A program made the translations under genes and the position numbers. A DNA stretch of 64,000 nucleotides from an uncultured Actinomycetes bacterium (GTDB lineage: Bacteria > Actinomycetota > Acidimicrobiia > IMCC26256 > JACDBD01): the NCBI GenBank assembly GCA_963737605.1, contig CAVTTE010000001.1, forward strand, positions 2,631 to 66,630, in the 5' to 3' direction. The notes under the pieces are model-generated. The model had not been told where the DNA came from, did not search any database, and saw nothing but the letters and a program-made list of their open reading frames with translations. Below, in pieces: positions 12,476 to 24,158 of the stretch. Each line of letters opens with the position of its first letter. Position 1 is the first letter of the stretch.

Positions 12476-14366
12476 GTGAGTGATACAGGGGGAACGATGA
12501 GTCATGTGACCGAGCTCGTCGGAGACGCGACCACAGAGCCGGACGCGAAGACCCCCACGACGAGGGCGACGATCGTCGAGCTGTTCCGGCAGCAAGTCCG
12601 GTCTCTGGGGCCCCGGTCGGCGTTGCGCCACTCCGTCGACGGCAGCTGGCAGCCGATCACCTGGGCCGAGTATGGAGACGCCGTTCGCGAGATCGCGAGC
12701 CGGATTGATCGACATCGGCGTCGCGGCCGGGAGATCGGGTCGCGCTGCTGTCGACGAACCGGGCCGAGTGGCACTTCGCCGATCTCGGCATCCTGAGCGC
12801 GGCGGCGGTGACGGTTCCCGTCTACCCCACCAGCGCCGCAGGCCCAGGTCGCGTACATCGTCGATCACTGCGAGGCGCGAGTTGCAATCGTCGAGAACGA
12901 CGAGCAGCTCGCCAAGATCCTCGAGGAGCGAGCGGCGATGCCGAAGCTCGAGCGCGTGGTGCTCTTCGACGACACCGCCGCCGCGCTGGACGATCCGTTC
13001 CTGCTGAGCCTGGAGGAGCTGCGGTCGATCGGGCGCGACCGCCTCGAGCGGCATCCGGCCGCTCTCGACGGCCGAACGGACGGGATCGAGCCCGACGATC
13101 TCGCCACCCTCGTGTACACGAGCGGCACGACGGGCCCGCCGAAGGGCGCCATGATCACGCACGGCAACCTGGTCGCCACGATCGATGCGATCACCCGCGT
13201 CGTCTCGATCGGCCCGGACGACCGCTTCCTCTCCTTTCTGCCCCTCAGCCACGTGGCCGAGCGCGTGGTCAGCAACTTCGGTCAGATCGTCAGCGGCGGT
13301 GAGACATGGTTCGCGCGCAGCTTCGCCACCGTGCCCGAGGACCTCCGGGCGTGCCGGCCCACGGTGTTCTTCGCCGTTCCGAGGGTGTGGCAAAAGTTCC
13401 GCGACGTGATCTTCGAGGGGCTCGACGCCACGGCCGGTCTGGAGCGGGTTCTCGTAGACCGCTTCCTCGCGCTCGGCGCGACGAGTGTGTGCCACGAGCA
13501 GGACGGCACACCCATGAACGTCCTGCAGCGCGGCATGCATGCGGCGCTGGACCGGATCGTGGGCGCCCGGATCCGCTCCCGCACGGGTCTGGACCAGGCG
13601 CGGGTTCTCGTGTCGGGCGCGGCGCCCATCCACGCCGACTTGCTGCGACACCTCCATGCCGTCGGCCTGCGCGGTCGGAGAGGTGTACGGCCAGACCGAG
13701 GATTGCGGGCCTACCACCCTGAACCCGCCGCAGCGGATTCGCATCGGCACGGTCGGGCCGCCTCTCCCCGGCGTCCGGGTGCGGATCGCCGACGACGGCG
13801 AGATCCTCGTCCAGGGCGGCAACGTCTGCCGCGGCTACTTCAAGAACGAGGTCGGGACTCGCGAGCTCATCGACGAGGAGGGCTGGATGCACTCCGGCGA
13901 CGTCGGCCATTTCGATTCTGCCGGCTATCTCTGTGTCACCGGCCGCAAGAAGGACCTCATCATCACCGCACACGGCAAGAACATCGCGCCCCAGGAGATC
14001 GAGGCTCGTCTCCGGTTGGAGCCGTTCATCGCCGAGGCCGTCGTGATCGGCGACGCTCGCCCGTACCTCACGGCGCTCATCACTCTCGACACCGACACCC
14101 TGGCGCGATGGGCGGAGCACCGCCACAAGCCACTCAATGGTGAAGCCCTGGCCGGAGACCCGGACGTGCACGCCGAGATCGAAGCGTCGGTGGAACGCGT
14201 CAACGCCGCGCTGTCGCACGTCGAGACCATCAAGAAGTGGCGCATCCTGCCCCGTGACCTCACGGTCGCCGCCGGTGAGATGACGCCCACGCTCAAGGTC
14301 CGGCGGAAAGCCGTCGGGGAGCAATACCACGACATCATCGAGCAGATGTACGCCGAGCGCGCATGA
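12476..14366 (+). CDS. Long-chain fatty-acid--CoA ligase (FadD/AMP-binding family); four +1 frame changes (~12701, ~12731, ~12842, ~13669)
   Basis: Motifs: RVALLSTNRAEWHFADLGILSAAAVTVPVYPTSAA, LVYTSGTTGPPKGAMITHGNL, VGEVYGQTE, GWMHSGDVG, TGRKKDLIITAHGKNIAPQEIE, TPTLKVRRK. Pieces lie in ORFs 12476..12796, 12672..13007, 12808..13302, 12938..14143 and 13539..14366. An alternative start is ATG 12497. Confidence 0.8.
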
Positions 14367-14373
14367 AGCGGGA

Positions 14374-15813
14374 GTGCCGATGAAGCTCCAGGAGGTCCAG
14401 GTTCAGGCCCTTACTCCGGAACGGCTGTCGCCGCTCATCGGGCCGGAGCGCATGGAGCGGTTCCACAAGTTCGCTCAAGCGGCCCGCGACGTGCTCTCGG
14501 GCCGAGTCGTGCTCAACGTCAACTCCACGCCATCCGGCGGGGGCGTCGCCGAGATGCTCCGCACGCTCTTGGCCTACGCCCGTGGAGTCGGCGTCGACAC
14601 CCAATGGGTCGTCATCAACGGCGATCCGAGTTTCTTCACGATCACGAAGCGCATCCACAACAACCTCTACGGAGCACTCGGCGACGGCGGCCCGCTCGGA
14701 CGCCATGAGCGGCGGCATTACGAGGAGACCTTGCACGCCAACGCCCGCGAACTGCTCACGCTGATCGGTCCGACGCGACATCGTCTTGCTCCACGATCCT
14801 CAGACGGCCGGCCTCGCCGCCGATTCGCGGAGGTGGGGCCACCGTGGTGTGGCGCTGCCACGTGGGAGCCGATCACGTGAACGAGCACGTGGAGCGGGCC
14901 TGGGGGTTCCTGGAGCCCTATCTCGAGCACGTCGACGCGTACGTATTCTCACGCGGCGGAGTTCGCGCCTCCCTGGGCCGATCCCCGGCATGTGTTCGTG
15001 ATCCCTCCTTCAATCGACCCGTTCGCGCCGAAGAACCAGGCGATGGAGCAGAACGAGGTCGAGGCGGTGCTGCGCTACGTCGGGCTGCTCGGGGGCGACG
15101 GCCCTGCGCCGCGTATCGGATTCACCCGCGCCGACGGATCGCCCGGGTCGCGTCGACCGGCACGCCGACGTGCTCCAGACGGGGCCACCACCGCCGGCCG
15201 ACGTACCGCTGGTCGTGCAGGTGTCCCGGTGGGACCGTATGAAGGACATGCGAGGAGTGATGACGGCGTTCGCCGAGCACGTCGACGCGACCAGCCCTGC
15301 TCACCTCCTGCTGGCCGGACCGGTCGTGACGGGCGTCGCCGACGACCCGGAAGGCGGCACGATGCTGGCGGAGTGCACCGAGGTGTGGCGCCGGCTCGCC
15401 CACGCCGAGCGCACCCGCGTCCACCTCGCGTGTATCCCGATGCGCGACCCCGACGAGCACGCCGTCATCACGAACGCGATCCAGCGACACGCCGCCGTCG
15501 TGACCCAGAAGAGCATCGCCGAGGGCTTCGGGCTCACCGTGGCCGAGGCGATGTGGAAGGCAAGACCGATCGTGGCGACCGCGGTCGGTGGCATCGTCGA
15601 CCAGATCATCTCCGGCGAGAACGGGCTGCTCGTCGATGATCCGCACGACCTGGCCGGGTTCGGGCAGGCCGTGCGGCGCTTGCTCGACGACCCCGACGTA
15701 CGCGGCAAAGCTCGGCGCGCAACGCGCGTGAGCGGGCGGTGACCGAGTTCCTCGGGGACCGCCACCTCGAGCAGTGGGCGCAACTCTTCGCGCAGCTCGA
15801 GGCAAACAAGTGA
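14374..15813 (+). CDS. GT4-family glycosyltransferase resembling trehalose synthase TreT; at least 6 frame changes
   Basis: Motifs: [120 protein letters not shown] (GT-B EX7E region). Pieces lie in ORFs 14374..14880, 14786..15001, 14844..15242, 14992..15639 and 15170..15742. The stop is TGA 15811..15813. Confidence 0.65.
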
Positions 15814-15827
15814 TGAAGGAGCGTGGC

Positions 15828-18122
15828 ATGGGCGTCCAACCGGTCATCCCGTTCGACCAGCTCGCCGTGGACGACGTGGAGGTCGCCGGTGGGAAAGGCG
15901 CCAATCTCGGGGAGCTGACCAAGGCCGGGCTGCCCGTGCCGCCCGGGTTCGTCATCACCGCACCGGCGTACCTCGACGCCATGGACGCGGGCGGCGTGCG
16001 CGGCGAGGTCCGATCCGCCGCCGGTGCGCTCGACCCGGACGACTCCGCCGCGCTGTCGGCAACCGCCGAGCACCTGCACGACCTCGTGCGCAAGGCGGGC
16101 GTGCCGGACGGGCTGCGGCGGGCGGTCCTCGACGCCTACCACGGGATCGGCGGGGGCCTCGTCGCCGTCCGGTCCTCGGCCACGGCCGAGGACACCGCGG
16201 GCACGTCGTTCGCAGGGATGAACGAGACCTTCACGAACGTCAGCGGTGACGACGAGCTGATCGACCGCGTCGTCGACTGTTGGGCGTCGTTGTTCGGTGA
16301 GCGTGTGCTCTCGTACCGCGCGACCCAACACGTCACCGACGAGCCCGCGATAGCCGTCGTCGTGCAGCGCATGGTCGACTCGGACCGTTCCGGGGTGATG
16401 TTCTCGGCCGACCCGGCCAGCGGCGATCGATCGCGCATCGTGATCGAGGCGGCGTTCGGTCTCGGCGAGGTCGTCGTGGGCGGGCTCGTCGAGCCGGACA
16501 CCTACGTCGTCGCCAAGGACGGGCCGCGGCTGCTCGAAGCCCGCATCGGCCACAAGCCCTTCGCGATTCGGCGCGGGCCCGGTGGGGACGAGCGCGTCGA
16601 GCTCCCGGCCGAACAGGCAGCCCGTCAGGTCCTGAGCCCCGACGAGATCCTCGACCTCGCTCGGCTCGGCACGCGTGTCGAGCAGCACTACGGCACGCCG
16701 CAGGACATGGAGTGGGCCTACGCCGACGACGGCTTGTGGCTCGTGCAGTCGCGCCCGATCACGACGCTCGGCACCGAAGCCACTCGTCCCGCCGCGGCGC
16801 CGAGCGCCGGGCTCGAGCCGTTGATCACGGGGCTCGCGGCGGCGCCCGGCACCGTCGCGGGGCGCGTGCACGTCGTGCACACGGTCGAGGAGAGCCGCGC
16901 GCTCGAGCCGGGTGAGGTGCTCGTGGCCCCGATGACCACACCCGACTGGGTGCCGACGATGCGCCGCGCCGCAGCGCTGGTCACCGACGGCGGGGGCCTC
17001 ACGTGCCACGCCGCCATCGTGAGCCGAGAGCTCGGCGTGCCGTGCGTCGTCGGTACGCGCCGTGCCACCGAGGCATTGCGGGACGGAGAGCTCGTGACCG
17101 TCGACGGGGCCGGCGGCGCGATTTACGAAGGGGATCAGGTCGCGAGCATCGCCGCGCCGGCAGTGACCGTCGTGGGCGAGCCCGGCGCGCCGGGCGTCGC
17201 CGCACCCGAGCCGCTCGCCACGCGGTTGTACGTGAACCTGGCCATCGCCGACCGCGCCGAGGAAACCGCCGCCCTTCCGGTCGACGGAGTGGGCCTGCTG
17301 CGGGCCGAGTTCATGATCACCGACGCCCTGGGCGGTGTGCACCCACGCGCGCTGCTCGCGCGGGGCGACCAAGCGGAGTTCCTCGAGAAGATGTCGGCCT
17401 CGCTGCTGCGCATCACACGCGCGTTCGCGCCCCGCCCGGTCGTCTACCGGACGATCGACTTCCGCAGCAACGAGTTCGGCAAGCTCCAGGGGGGCGAGGA
17501 GTTCGAGCCCGTCGAGGCGAACCCGATGATCGGCTACCGGGGCTGCTACCGCTACGTGAAGGAGCCCGAGCTGTTCGCCCTCGAGCTCGAGCTGCTCGCG
17601 CGAGTGCGGGAGGAGACGCCGAATCTCCATGTGATGATCCCGTTCGTGCGGACGCGTTGGGAGCTCGAGGCATGCCTCGACCTGATCGAGGCGAGCCCGC
17701 TCGGTCGCCAGCGGGGCCTGCACCGCTGGGTCATGGCCGAGGTGCCGTCGGTCGTCTACCGCGTTCCCGAGTACGCGGCCCTCGGCGTCGACGGCGTGTC
17801 GATCGGCTCGAACGACCTCACCCAGCTCATGCTGGGCGTCGATCGCGATTCCGAGACCTGCGCCGAGCTCTTCGACGAGTCCGACGCCGCCGTGCTCGAC
17901 GCCATCGGCCGGATCATCACGGCCGCCCGCGACGCCGGCATCACGTCGTCGCTGTGCGGTCAGGCGCCGTCGACCAAGCCCGAGTTCGCCGAGCACCTCG
18001 TGCGCATGGGCATCAACTCGATCTCGGTCAACCCCGACGCCGTCGAGGCAGCCCGACGCATCGTCGGCGCCGCCGAGCGGCGCCTGCTCCTGGAGACAGC
18101 ACGGCCACGCCCTGGCTCGTGA
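15828..18122 (+). CDS. ppsA: Phosphoenolpyruvate synthase (pyruvate, water dikinase)
   Basis: ORF 15774..18122 has no detectable frame problem. Motifs: [44 protein letters not shown] (phospho-His), [11 protein letters not shown] prefer ATG 15828, which lies 5-6 nt after GAAGGAG. ATG 15813 would overlap the upstream stop. Confidence 0.9.
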   Translation: MGVQPVIPFDQLAVDDVEVAGGKGANLGELTKAGLPVPPGFVITAPAYLDAMDAGGVRGEVRSAAGALDPDDSAALSATAEHLHDLVRKAGVPDGLRRAVLDAYHGIGGGLVAVRSSATAEDTAGTSFAGMNETFTNVSGDDELIDRVVDCWASLFGERVLSYRATQHVTDEPAIAVVVQRMVDSDRSGVMFSADPASGDRSRIVIEAAFGLGEVVVGGLVEPDTYVVAKDGPRLLEARIGHKPFAIRRGPGGDERVELPAEQAARQVLSPDEILDLARLGTRVEQHYGTPQDMEWAYADDGLWLVQSRPITTLGTEATRPAAAPSAGLEPLITGLAAAPGTVAGRVHVVHTVEESRALEPGEVLVAPMTTPDWVPTMRRAAALVTDGGGLTCHAAIVSRELGVPCVVGTRRATEALRDGELVTVDGAGGAIYEGDQVASIAAPAVTVVGEPGAPGVAAPEPLATRLYVNLAIADRAEETAALPVDGVGLLRAEFMITDALGGVHPRALLARGDQAEFLEKMSASLLRITRAFAPRPVVYRTIDFRSNEFGKLQGGEEFEPVEANPMIGYRGCYRYVKEPELFALELELLARVREETPNLHVMIPFVRTRWELEACLDLIEASPLGRQRGLHRWVMAEVPSVVYRVPEYAALGVDGVSIGSNDLTQLMLGVDRDSETCAELFDESDAAVLDAIGRIITAARDAGITSSLCGQAPSTKPEFAEHLVRMGINSISVNPDAVEAARRIVGAAERRLLLETARPRPGS

Positions 18123-18123
18123 C

Positions 18124-18834
18124 GTGGGCCTGATCGAGCTCGACAACGTCAGCCGCCGCTACGAGGTGGGTGGCGGCACCGTCACGGCTCTCGAGAGCGT
18201 CGACCTGACCGTAGGCGCAGGAGAGTTCGCGGTGGTCCTCGGCCCGTCGGGAAGCGGCAAGACGACGCTCCTCAACATGATCGGCGCGCTCGACACGCCG
18301 ACCAGCGGGGAGATCACGATCAACGGTGAGCGTCTCTCGGGCGCGCGTCGCGCCGATCTCTTCCGGTTCCGGCGCGAGACGGTGAGCTTCGTCTTCCAGA
18401 CCTTCAACCTCTTCCCCGGCCTGACCGCGGTCGAGAACGTGCAGTTCGGTGTGGACGTGACCGGTCGTCACGACGGCCATCGCATCGCGGCGGAGGTGCT
18501 CGCCCGCGTCGGCTTGGGCGACCGGCTCCACCACTTCCCGAGTCAGCTCTCGGGCGGCGAGCAGCAACGGGTCGCCATCGCCCGCGCCCTCGCCACCGGG
18601 AACCGGATCTTGCTCGCCGACGAACCCACCGGCGAGCTCGACTTCACCACCGGGATCCAGATCCTCGAGCTGCTGCACGAGCAGGCGCACGCCGGGATCA
18701 CGGTCCTGATCGTCACCCACAACCGCGAGATCGCTCGCATCGCCGATCGCGTGATCGAGCTCAGCAGCGGCCGCATCGTCAGTGACGGGCCACCCGCCGG
18801 CGGGCAGGTGCCCATCGCCGAGCTGCGCTGGTAG
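18124..18834 (+). CDS. ABC transporter ATP-binding protein (MacB/LolD-like)
   Basis: ORF 18124..18834, intact. It has Walker A (GPSGSGKTT), the signature LSGGEQQRVAIARA, Walker B (ILLADEPTGELD) and the H-loop (VTHN). Confidence 0.9.
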   Translation: MGLIELDNVSRRYEVGGGTVTALESVDLTVGAGEFAVVLGPSGSGKTTLLNMIGALDTPTSGEITINGERLSGARRADLFRFRRETVSFVFQTFNLFPGLTAVENVQFGVDVTGRHDGHRIAAEVLARVGLGDRLHHFPSQLSGGEQQRVAIARALATGNRILLADEPTGELDFTTGIQILELLHEQAHAGITVLIVTHNREIARIADRVIELSSGRIVSDGPPAGGQVPIAELRW

Positions 18835-18844
18835 GTGGGGATCG

Positions 18845-21278
18845 GTGCGGCTGTGGTGGAAATGGTCGTGGCGTGACCTGCGAGCCCGCTGGGTCCAGGT
18901 GGCGGCGATCGCGTTCATCATCGCCCTGGGATCGGGCATCTACTCGGGGCTGAGCAGCACATCGGAATGGCGTCGCGTGTCGTACGACGCCAGCTTCGAG
19001 CGGCTGCACATGTACGACCTCCGCGTGAAGCTGGCCGAGGGCGCGTTCGTCGACGCCGCCGCGCTCGAGCAAGCCGCACGGTCGATCCCCAGCGCGGGCT
19101 CCATCGACGCCGTCGAGCCCCGTCTCATCACGACGACCCAGGTGGACGCGTCGACCGACGGCAAGACCATCCTCGTACCCGGCCGCATCGTGGGCGTCGA
19201 CCTCGCCGGGGGTGGGCCCGCCGTCAACGGGGTGTCGGCGGAGAAGGGCCGCACCCTGCGCGCGAGCGATGCGGGCAGAGACGTCGCGGTGCTGGACGTC
19301 CACTTCGCCGATCACTACCACCTCCCCGATCACGGCCGGGTCGCGGTGAGCGGGGGGACGACCCTCGACTACGTCGGTCTCGGCCTCTCGCCCGAGTACT
19401 TCCTCATCACCGGGGAGCGCAACTCGCTCCTCGCCGAGGCCAACTTCGCGGCGGTGTTCGCACCCCTCGACACGGCCCAGCGCATCGCAGGCCGCCCCGG
19501 GGCCGCCAACGACCTCGTGCTGAAGCTCGCGCCCGGGGCCAATCGCAATGTCGTGCGCGCCGAGCTCGAGGCGGCGCTGGCCGAACGCTTCCCAGATGTC
19601 GGCGTCACGCTCAACGGTCCCCGGGGCGACTTCGCGTACCGCTACCTGTACGACGACATCGATGGCGACCAGCGCTTCTACAACATCTTCGCCGTGCTCA
19701 TCCTGGCCGGCGCCGCGTTCGCCGCGTTCAACCTCACCGGACGCATCGTCGAAGCGCAGCGCCGCGAGATCGGCATCGGGATGGCGCTCGGAGTCCCCGC
19801 CCGGCGCTTGGCCATCCGGCCGTTGCTCGTGGCGCTCGAGGTCGCTCTCCTCGGCGTCGCGTTCGGCGTGGGCGTGGGTCTCCTGGTCAGCTCGCTCATG
19901 GGCTCGGTGCTCCAGGGCTTCTTCCCACTCCCGGTGTGGCGGTTCCCGTTCCAGCCGGACGTCTTCGCCCGGGGCGCCGCTCTCGGGCTCGCGATCCCGT
20001 TCCTGGCCACGCTCTATCCCGTTTGGCGCGCGGTACGGGTCACGCCCGTCACCGCCATCCGGACCGGCTTCCTCGCCACCAAGAGCAGCGGCTTCGCGCC
20101 GGCTCTCGGACGGATCCCGATCCCGGGTCGGACGACGGCCCAGCTGCCGTTCCGAAACGTCCTGCGGGCACCGCGCCGGACACTCATGACGGTGCTCGGG
20201 GTCGCGGCCGCCATCATGGTGGTCGTCGGTCTCGTCGGCGTCTTCGACTCGTTCCGGGCAACAATCGACGACGCCGACGCCGAAGCGAGCACGAGCAGCC
20301 CGGATCGACTGAACGTCGAGCTCGACTTCTTCTACCCGATCGCCTCCGAGCAAGTGCGCTCGATCGAGCAATCGCCGGCGGCCGGCTCTGCAGAACCGAC
20401 CCTCGAGCTGCCTTCGACGCTGCGTGGCAACGGAACCAAGATCGAGACGCTCCTGGAGCTGCGTGATCTCGACAGCAAGTTGTGGGCGCCCACGGTCGTC
20501 GAGCGATCCGCCGCCGCCGGGCCCGGCATCGTGATCACCGAGACCGCCGCCGAAGATCTCGGGGTCAGACCGGGTGACACCGTCACCCTGCGCCATCCAC
20601 GTCGCGAAGGCACGTCGTACCGCTTCGTCGATTCGAAAGTGACGGTGATCGGCCTCAACACGTTCCCGATTCGCAGCATCGCCTTCATGGATCTCGCCGA
20701 CGCGAGCCTGATGAACCTCGAGGGTCTCACGAACCTCGTCGTCATCGACCCGGCGCCGGGCACGAGCGTCACCCAGGCGCAGCGGATGCTCTTCGGGCAG
20801 CCGGGCGTGGCGTCGGTGCAGCCCGTCTCCGCCTTCATCGATTCGATCCGCGACGCCCTCGAGGACGTGCTGGCGATCCTGGTCGTCGTGGAGGGCGCGG
20901 TTCTGCTGCTCGCCCTGCTCATCGCGTTCAACTCGGCCAGCATCAACGCGGACGAGCGCGCTCGAGAACACGCCGACGATGTTCGCCTTCGGATTGCGGC
21001 TCCGCACTGTGTTGCGCATGGCGACGACCGAAGGCGCGGTGATCGGCATCCTCGGCACCGCGGCCGGGCTCGCGGCCGGCTGGGTGCTGCTCGGGTGGCT
21101 CGTGCGCTCCCTGCTGCCCGAGACGCTGCCCGACATCGGCATCGTGACGTTCCTCGCGCCCAGCACCGTCCTCACCGCGGTCGGCCTGGGCGTGCTGGCG
21201 GTCGCGCTGGCGCCGCTGCTGACGAGCCGGAAGCTGCGTCGCATGGACATCCCGTCCACGCTCCGGGTGATGGAGTGA
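18845..21278 (+). CDS. FtsX-family ABC transporter permease (large, two FtsX modules); one frame change (~20968)
   Basis: GTG 18845 lies just after the ATPase stop. ORF 18782..21649 gives TM-rich FtsX-like sequence up to INADERAREHA. It then continues in ORF 20979..21278 (MFAFGLRLRTVLRM...LLTSRKLRRMDIPSTLRVME-stop), a typical FtsX C-terminus. Confidence 0.75.
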
Positions 21279-21521
21279 TGACGCCGGCCCGGACGTCGAA
21301 TCCGATCAGCCGGCTTCTCTCGAGCCGTCGTCCGCGTCGAGCTCTTCGACGAGCTCGTGCGGATCGTGGTCTTCGCATGGGTCGGTCTGCTCGTGGGGAT
21401 CGGGTACCCGGTCCCTCTCCTTCGGTGCTGGGCCCGCACCCGGCGCTTCCTCCGCCACCTCACGGGGGTCGCGTCGACCGACGTCTTCCGTTGCGTCGCC
21501 CGGCTCGTGCCTTCGGACCCA

Positions 21522-22185
21522 TCAGGTGCTCGCCCGGATGCGCCGACCCGACACGTTGCGCCGCTCGATACGCAGGTACACGCTCCGCTGACCCCCCGCC
21601 CACGGCTCGATGCCGAGCTCCTCGAGCCGACGGAACTCGTCCGGACTGACGCGACGCACACGGCCGGTGACGAGAACGCTCCAACCCGCGCTCATCGCCT
21701 CGTCGACGTGGTCGACCTCGAAGCTCACCGGTTCCATATCCGACACCGCAGCGAGCGCTCGTGTCAGCGGCGACACGGAACACCACGTCGCCGTCCATGA
21801 TCCGGTAGTTGACCGGCACCGCCTCCGGCCCGCGGTCAGTTGTGAACACGAAGCGGCCTACTCCTCCCTCGCCGAGGAGCCGCGTGCACTCCTCGTCGTT
21901 CAGGGTCTCGAGTTTCGGATGTGGCGCGGGGCGGCCTCGGCCTGGTGGCTGCTCGACGGCGCCGCCGAGCAGCTCGTCGGTACTCGTGTCCAGCGCACGT
22001 GCAAGGCTCCCAACGCCGGCGATCGGCACTCGAGCCGCTCGCTCCTCGAGGTACTCGACGTAACCCGGGGCCATGCCAGCTCGTTTCGCCAACTGCTCGC
22101 GACTCAAGTCGAGCTCCCGACGCCGTTGCGCGACTCGCCGTCCCAAGTCCCCAGGTGCGGATGTCTCTCCCCCGGTCGGTGCCAT
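21522..22185 (-). CDS. XRE-type HTH domain fused to a PPOX-family (pyridoxamine 5'-phosphate oxidase-like) domain; one frame change (~21775)
   Basis: ATG 22185 has GGAGG upstream. The HTH is LGRRVAQRRRELDLSREQLAKRAGMAPGYVEYLEE. The PPOX-like part reads NDEECTRLLGEGGVGRFVFTTDRGPEAVPVNYRIMDGDVVFR and continues in ORF 21522..21776 (FEVDHVDEAMSAGWSVLVTGRVRRV). Confidence 0.6.
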
Positions 22186-22228
22186 CCTCGAAGCCTCCTG
22201 CTCAGTATTCGCGTCGAGCATTCGCCGC

Positions 22229-22660
22229 CTAGATGGCAGGGATGCGACGACCCGAGACCCCGCCCAGTGCGATGCGCACCCAATTCGAGCGGGCACCCCG
22301 CGCCCAAGGACGCAGTGGACCTGCACGCAGGTGCGCGAGATCCGCTTCATCGGTGACGAGCTCGGCGCGACCCCGCACCAGCACACTCCAGCCCGAGTGA
22401 ACCAAAGATCGACTTTCGTCCACCTCGAACGCCACATCGGCTCCACCGACAATCGCATTCAACTTCGTGCCCGCGGCAGTGCAGAACACGATCGTGTCGC
22501 GGTCGACCATGTAGTTCACCGGGAGCACCAAGGGACGTCCGTCCACGACGAGGCCAAGCCGGCCGACGAACGAGCCGTGCGTGAGGAGCTCGACACATTC
22601 GTCCCGATCGAGCACCTCGAGCAGCTGACCGTGGTCGATCTCAGGCTCTTGCGAACTCAT
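22229..22660 (-). CDS. PPOX-family (pyridoxamine 5'-phosphate oxidase-like, FMN/F420-type) protein
   Basis: ORF 22229..22660 (-), 143 aa, intact. Motifs: LDRDECVELLTHGSFVGRLGLVVDGRPLVLPVNYMVDRDTIVF, FEVDESRSLVHSGWSVLVRGRAELV. It is a paralogue of the C-terminal domain of the downstream gene. Confidence 0.7.
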   Translation of the reverse strand: MSSQEPEIDHGQLLEVLDRDECVELLTHGSFVGRLGLVVDGRPLVLPVNYMVDRDTIVFCTAAGTKLNAIVGGADVAFEVDESRSLVHSGWSVLVRGRAELVTDEADLAHLRAGPLRPWARGARSNWVRIALGGVSGRRIPAI

Positions 22661-23514
22661 GCTCCCGTCGTTTCTCCGTCCGGCTCGTCACGGTCGGAGA
22701 GGCCATCAGGTCGCACGACGAGCACGGGGCACGGCGCATTGTGCACAACGGCGGCGGTGACGCTGCCCAGCGCAACCCGGGCGAGGCCCGTCCGTCCGTG
22801 CGTCGACATAGCGATCAGCGAAGCACGGACGTCACGCACGTAGTCGACGATCGCGTCCGCGGCATCGTCGCGATGGAGCACGTCCCAGTTGATACCGGCG
22901 CCGTCCCGGGAAAGCAACGACTCGGCCAGCGCATGGACCGCGCCGAATTCGATGGCCTCCTGCTCCCCCGCTTCCTCGAGAGCGAGTCGCGCCTCGGGGT
23001 CGAGCACCTGCACCGCCCACGCGCGCAGATGCAGCGCCCGAATCCAATCGGAGACCTCGGGGACGATCGCCTTCGACGTCTGCGTGCCGTCGGTGCAGAC
23101 GACCACGTTGTCGAGCCGAGTGGCCAGCGACAATTCGACGTTCGGCCCGAGCAGCAGCATCGGCGCGTGCACAAGCCGGATCGCATCTTCGGCGGTGCTC
23201 CCGAGCAGGGCCTGGATGACACCCGAATGCCCGTGCGTCGACATGCAGACAATCGGATCCGCCAGATCGGCGACGACGATCTTCAGCCCGCTCGCGGCGA
23301 AATGGTCGCTGATCACCGCGACGTTCGCCCCTGCGATTCCAGCTTTGGCAGCGGCATCCGTGAGGTACCGCTCGGGTTCCACGACGACCCCGCCCATTTT
23401 GCTCGTCATCAGGGTCACGTCGGCACCTGTGCGCTCCGCGAGCGCCGCGGCGGGCACGAGCGCTCGCTCCGCGAACTCGGAGCCGTCCAGGGGAACCACG
23501 ATCGTCTTGGTCAC
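22657..23514 (-). CDS. Universal stress protein, tandem Usp domains
   Basis: ORF 22657..23514 (-), 285 aa, intact. It has two Usp modules (IVVPLDGSEFAERAL...MSTHGHSGVIQALLGSTAEDAIRLVHAPMLLL; VVVCTDGT...MSTHGRTGLARVALGSVTAAVVHNAPCPVLVV). Confidence 0.85.
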   Translation of the reverse strand: MTKTIVVPLDGSEFAERALVPAAALAERTGADVTLMTSKMGGVVVEPERYLTDAAAKAGIAGANVAVISDHFAASGLKIVVADLADPIVCMSTHGHSGVIQALLGSTAEDAIRLVHAPMLLLGPNVELSLATRLDNVVVCTDGTQTSKAIVPEVSDWIRALHLRAWAVQVLDPEARLALEEAGEQEAIEFGAVHALAESLLSRDGAGINWDVLHRDDAADAIVDYVRDVRASLIAMSTHGRTGLARVALGSVTAAVVHNAPCPVLVVRPDGLSDRDEPDGETTGA

Positions 23515-23594
23515 GAGACTCCTCCTCCGTCAGGCACTGCCGTGCACGCCTGCGGCATCCCTTCAAGGGTGCACGGCTCGGAGCCGCTGCGCCA

Positions 23595-23608
23595 GGGACC
23601 TGGGTCGG
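23595..23608. promoter_or_regulatory. Candidate operator, GGGAC CTGG GTCGG (weaker partner)
   Basis: It lies in the usp / usp divergent gap. Its centre is 22 bp (two helical turns) from the site at 23617. Confidence 0.3.
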
Positions 23609-23616
23609 CTACAGAG

Positions 23617-23630
23617 GGGACCTTCGGCTC
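23617..23630. promoter_or_regulatory. Candidate operator, GGGAC CTTC GGCTC
   Basis: It is identical to the site at 11271. Its centre lies 32.5 nt upstream of TAGCGT (23656..23661), ahead of usp 23689. Confidence 0.4.
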
Positions 23631-23655
23631 TGCGCGGATCGCCCACCAGACTCGA

Positions 23656-23661
23656 TAGCGT
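23656..23661 (+). promoter_or_regulatory. Possible -10 hexamer TAGCGT for usp 23689
   Basis: It fits the TANNNT class, lies 32.5 nt downstream of the box centre, and is followed by GGAGGAG and ATG. Confidence 0.25.
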
Positions 23662-23688
23662 CCGCGGAAGCTGACGCGGAGGAGACCC

Positions 23689-24150
23689 ATGGCGGCGGAA
23701 CGGATCGTGGTCGGCGTGGACGGTTCGGAAGGAGCCGACTCGGCGGTGCGTTGGTGCGCCCGCTATGCACGGAGCCTCGACGCGGAAGTGACAGCCGTAT
23801 CGGTGGTCGAACCCCACGTCCCGCTGGTGCCACCGCCCGATGCCTACGCCGATGCCATGCAACAGGCCGAAGACGCCGAACGAGAGAAAGCGCGTTCCAC
23901 ACTCGAAACGGACTGGTGTCGGCCTCTTCGTGATGCCGGTGTCCGCTACGACGCGCGCTCGGTGCTCGGGGATCCGGCGGAAACACTCATGCAGACCGCG
24001 ATCGATCTCGGTGCCGACCTGCTCGTCGTTGGCCGCCGCGGGCGAGGCAGGTTCATCGAAGCGCTGGTTGGCAGTGTCCCTCGCAAGCTCGCCCACTATG
24101 CCGAACTGCCGCTGGTCATCGTGCCGTCTGGGTGGGAGCGGGCGACGTAG
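23689..24150 (+). CDS. Universal stress protein (single Usp domain)
   Basis: ORF 23689..24150, 153 aa, intact. GGAGGAG lies 7 nt upstream. Motifs: IVVGVDGSEGADSAVRW, LLVVGRRGRGRFIEALVGSVPRKLAHYAELPLVIV. Confidence 0.85.
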   Translation: MAAERIVVGVDGSEGADSAVRWCARYARSLDAEVTAVSVVEPHVPLVPPPDAYADAMQQAEDAEREKARSTLETDWCRPLRDAGVRYDARSVLGDPAETLMQTAIDLGADLLVVGRRGRGRFIEALVGSVPRKLAHYAELPLVIVPSGWERAT

Positions 24151-24158
24151 CCGCGCCC

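Noticed and set aside
21279-21521. Small ORFs in the 243-bp gap after the FtsX permease, for example 21357..21800 (+) and an acidic minus-strand ORF ending near 21310.
   Set aside because: They have no SD, no recognisable motifs and low-complexity composition. The region lies between convergent genes and may simply be a 3' UTR.
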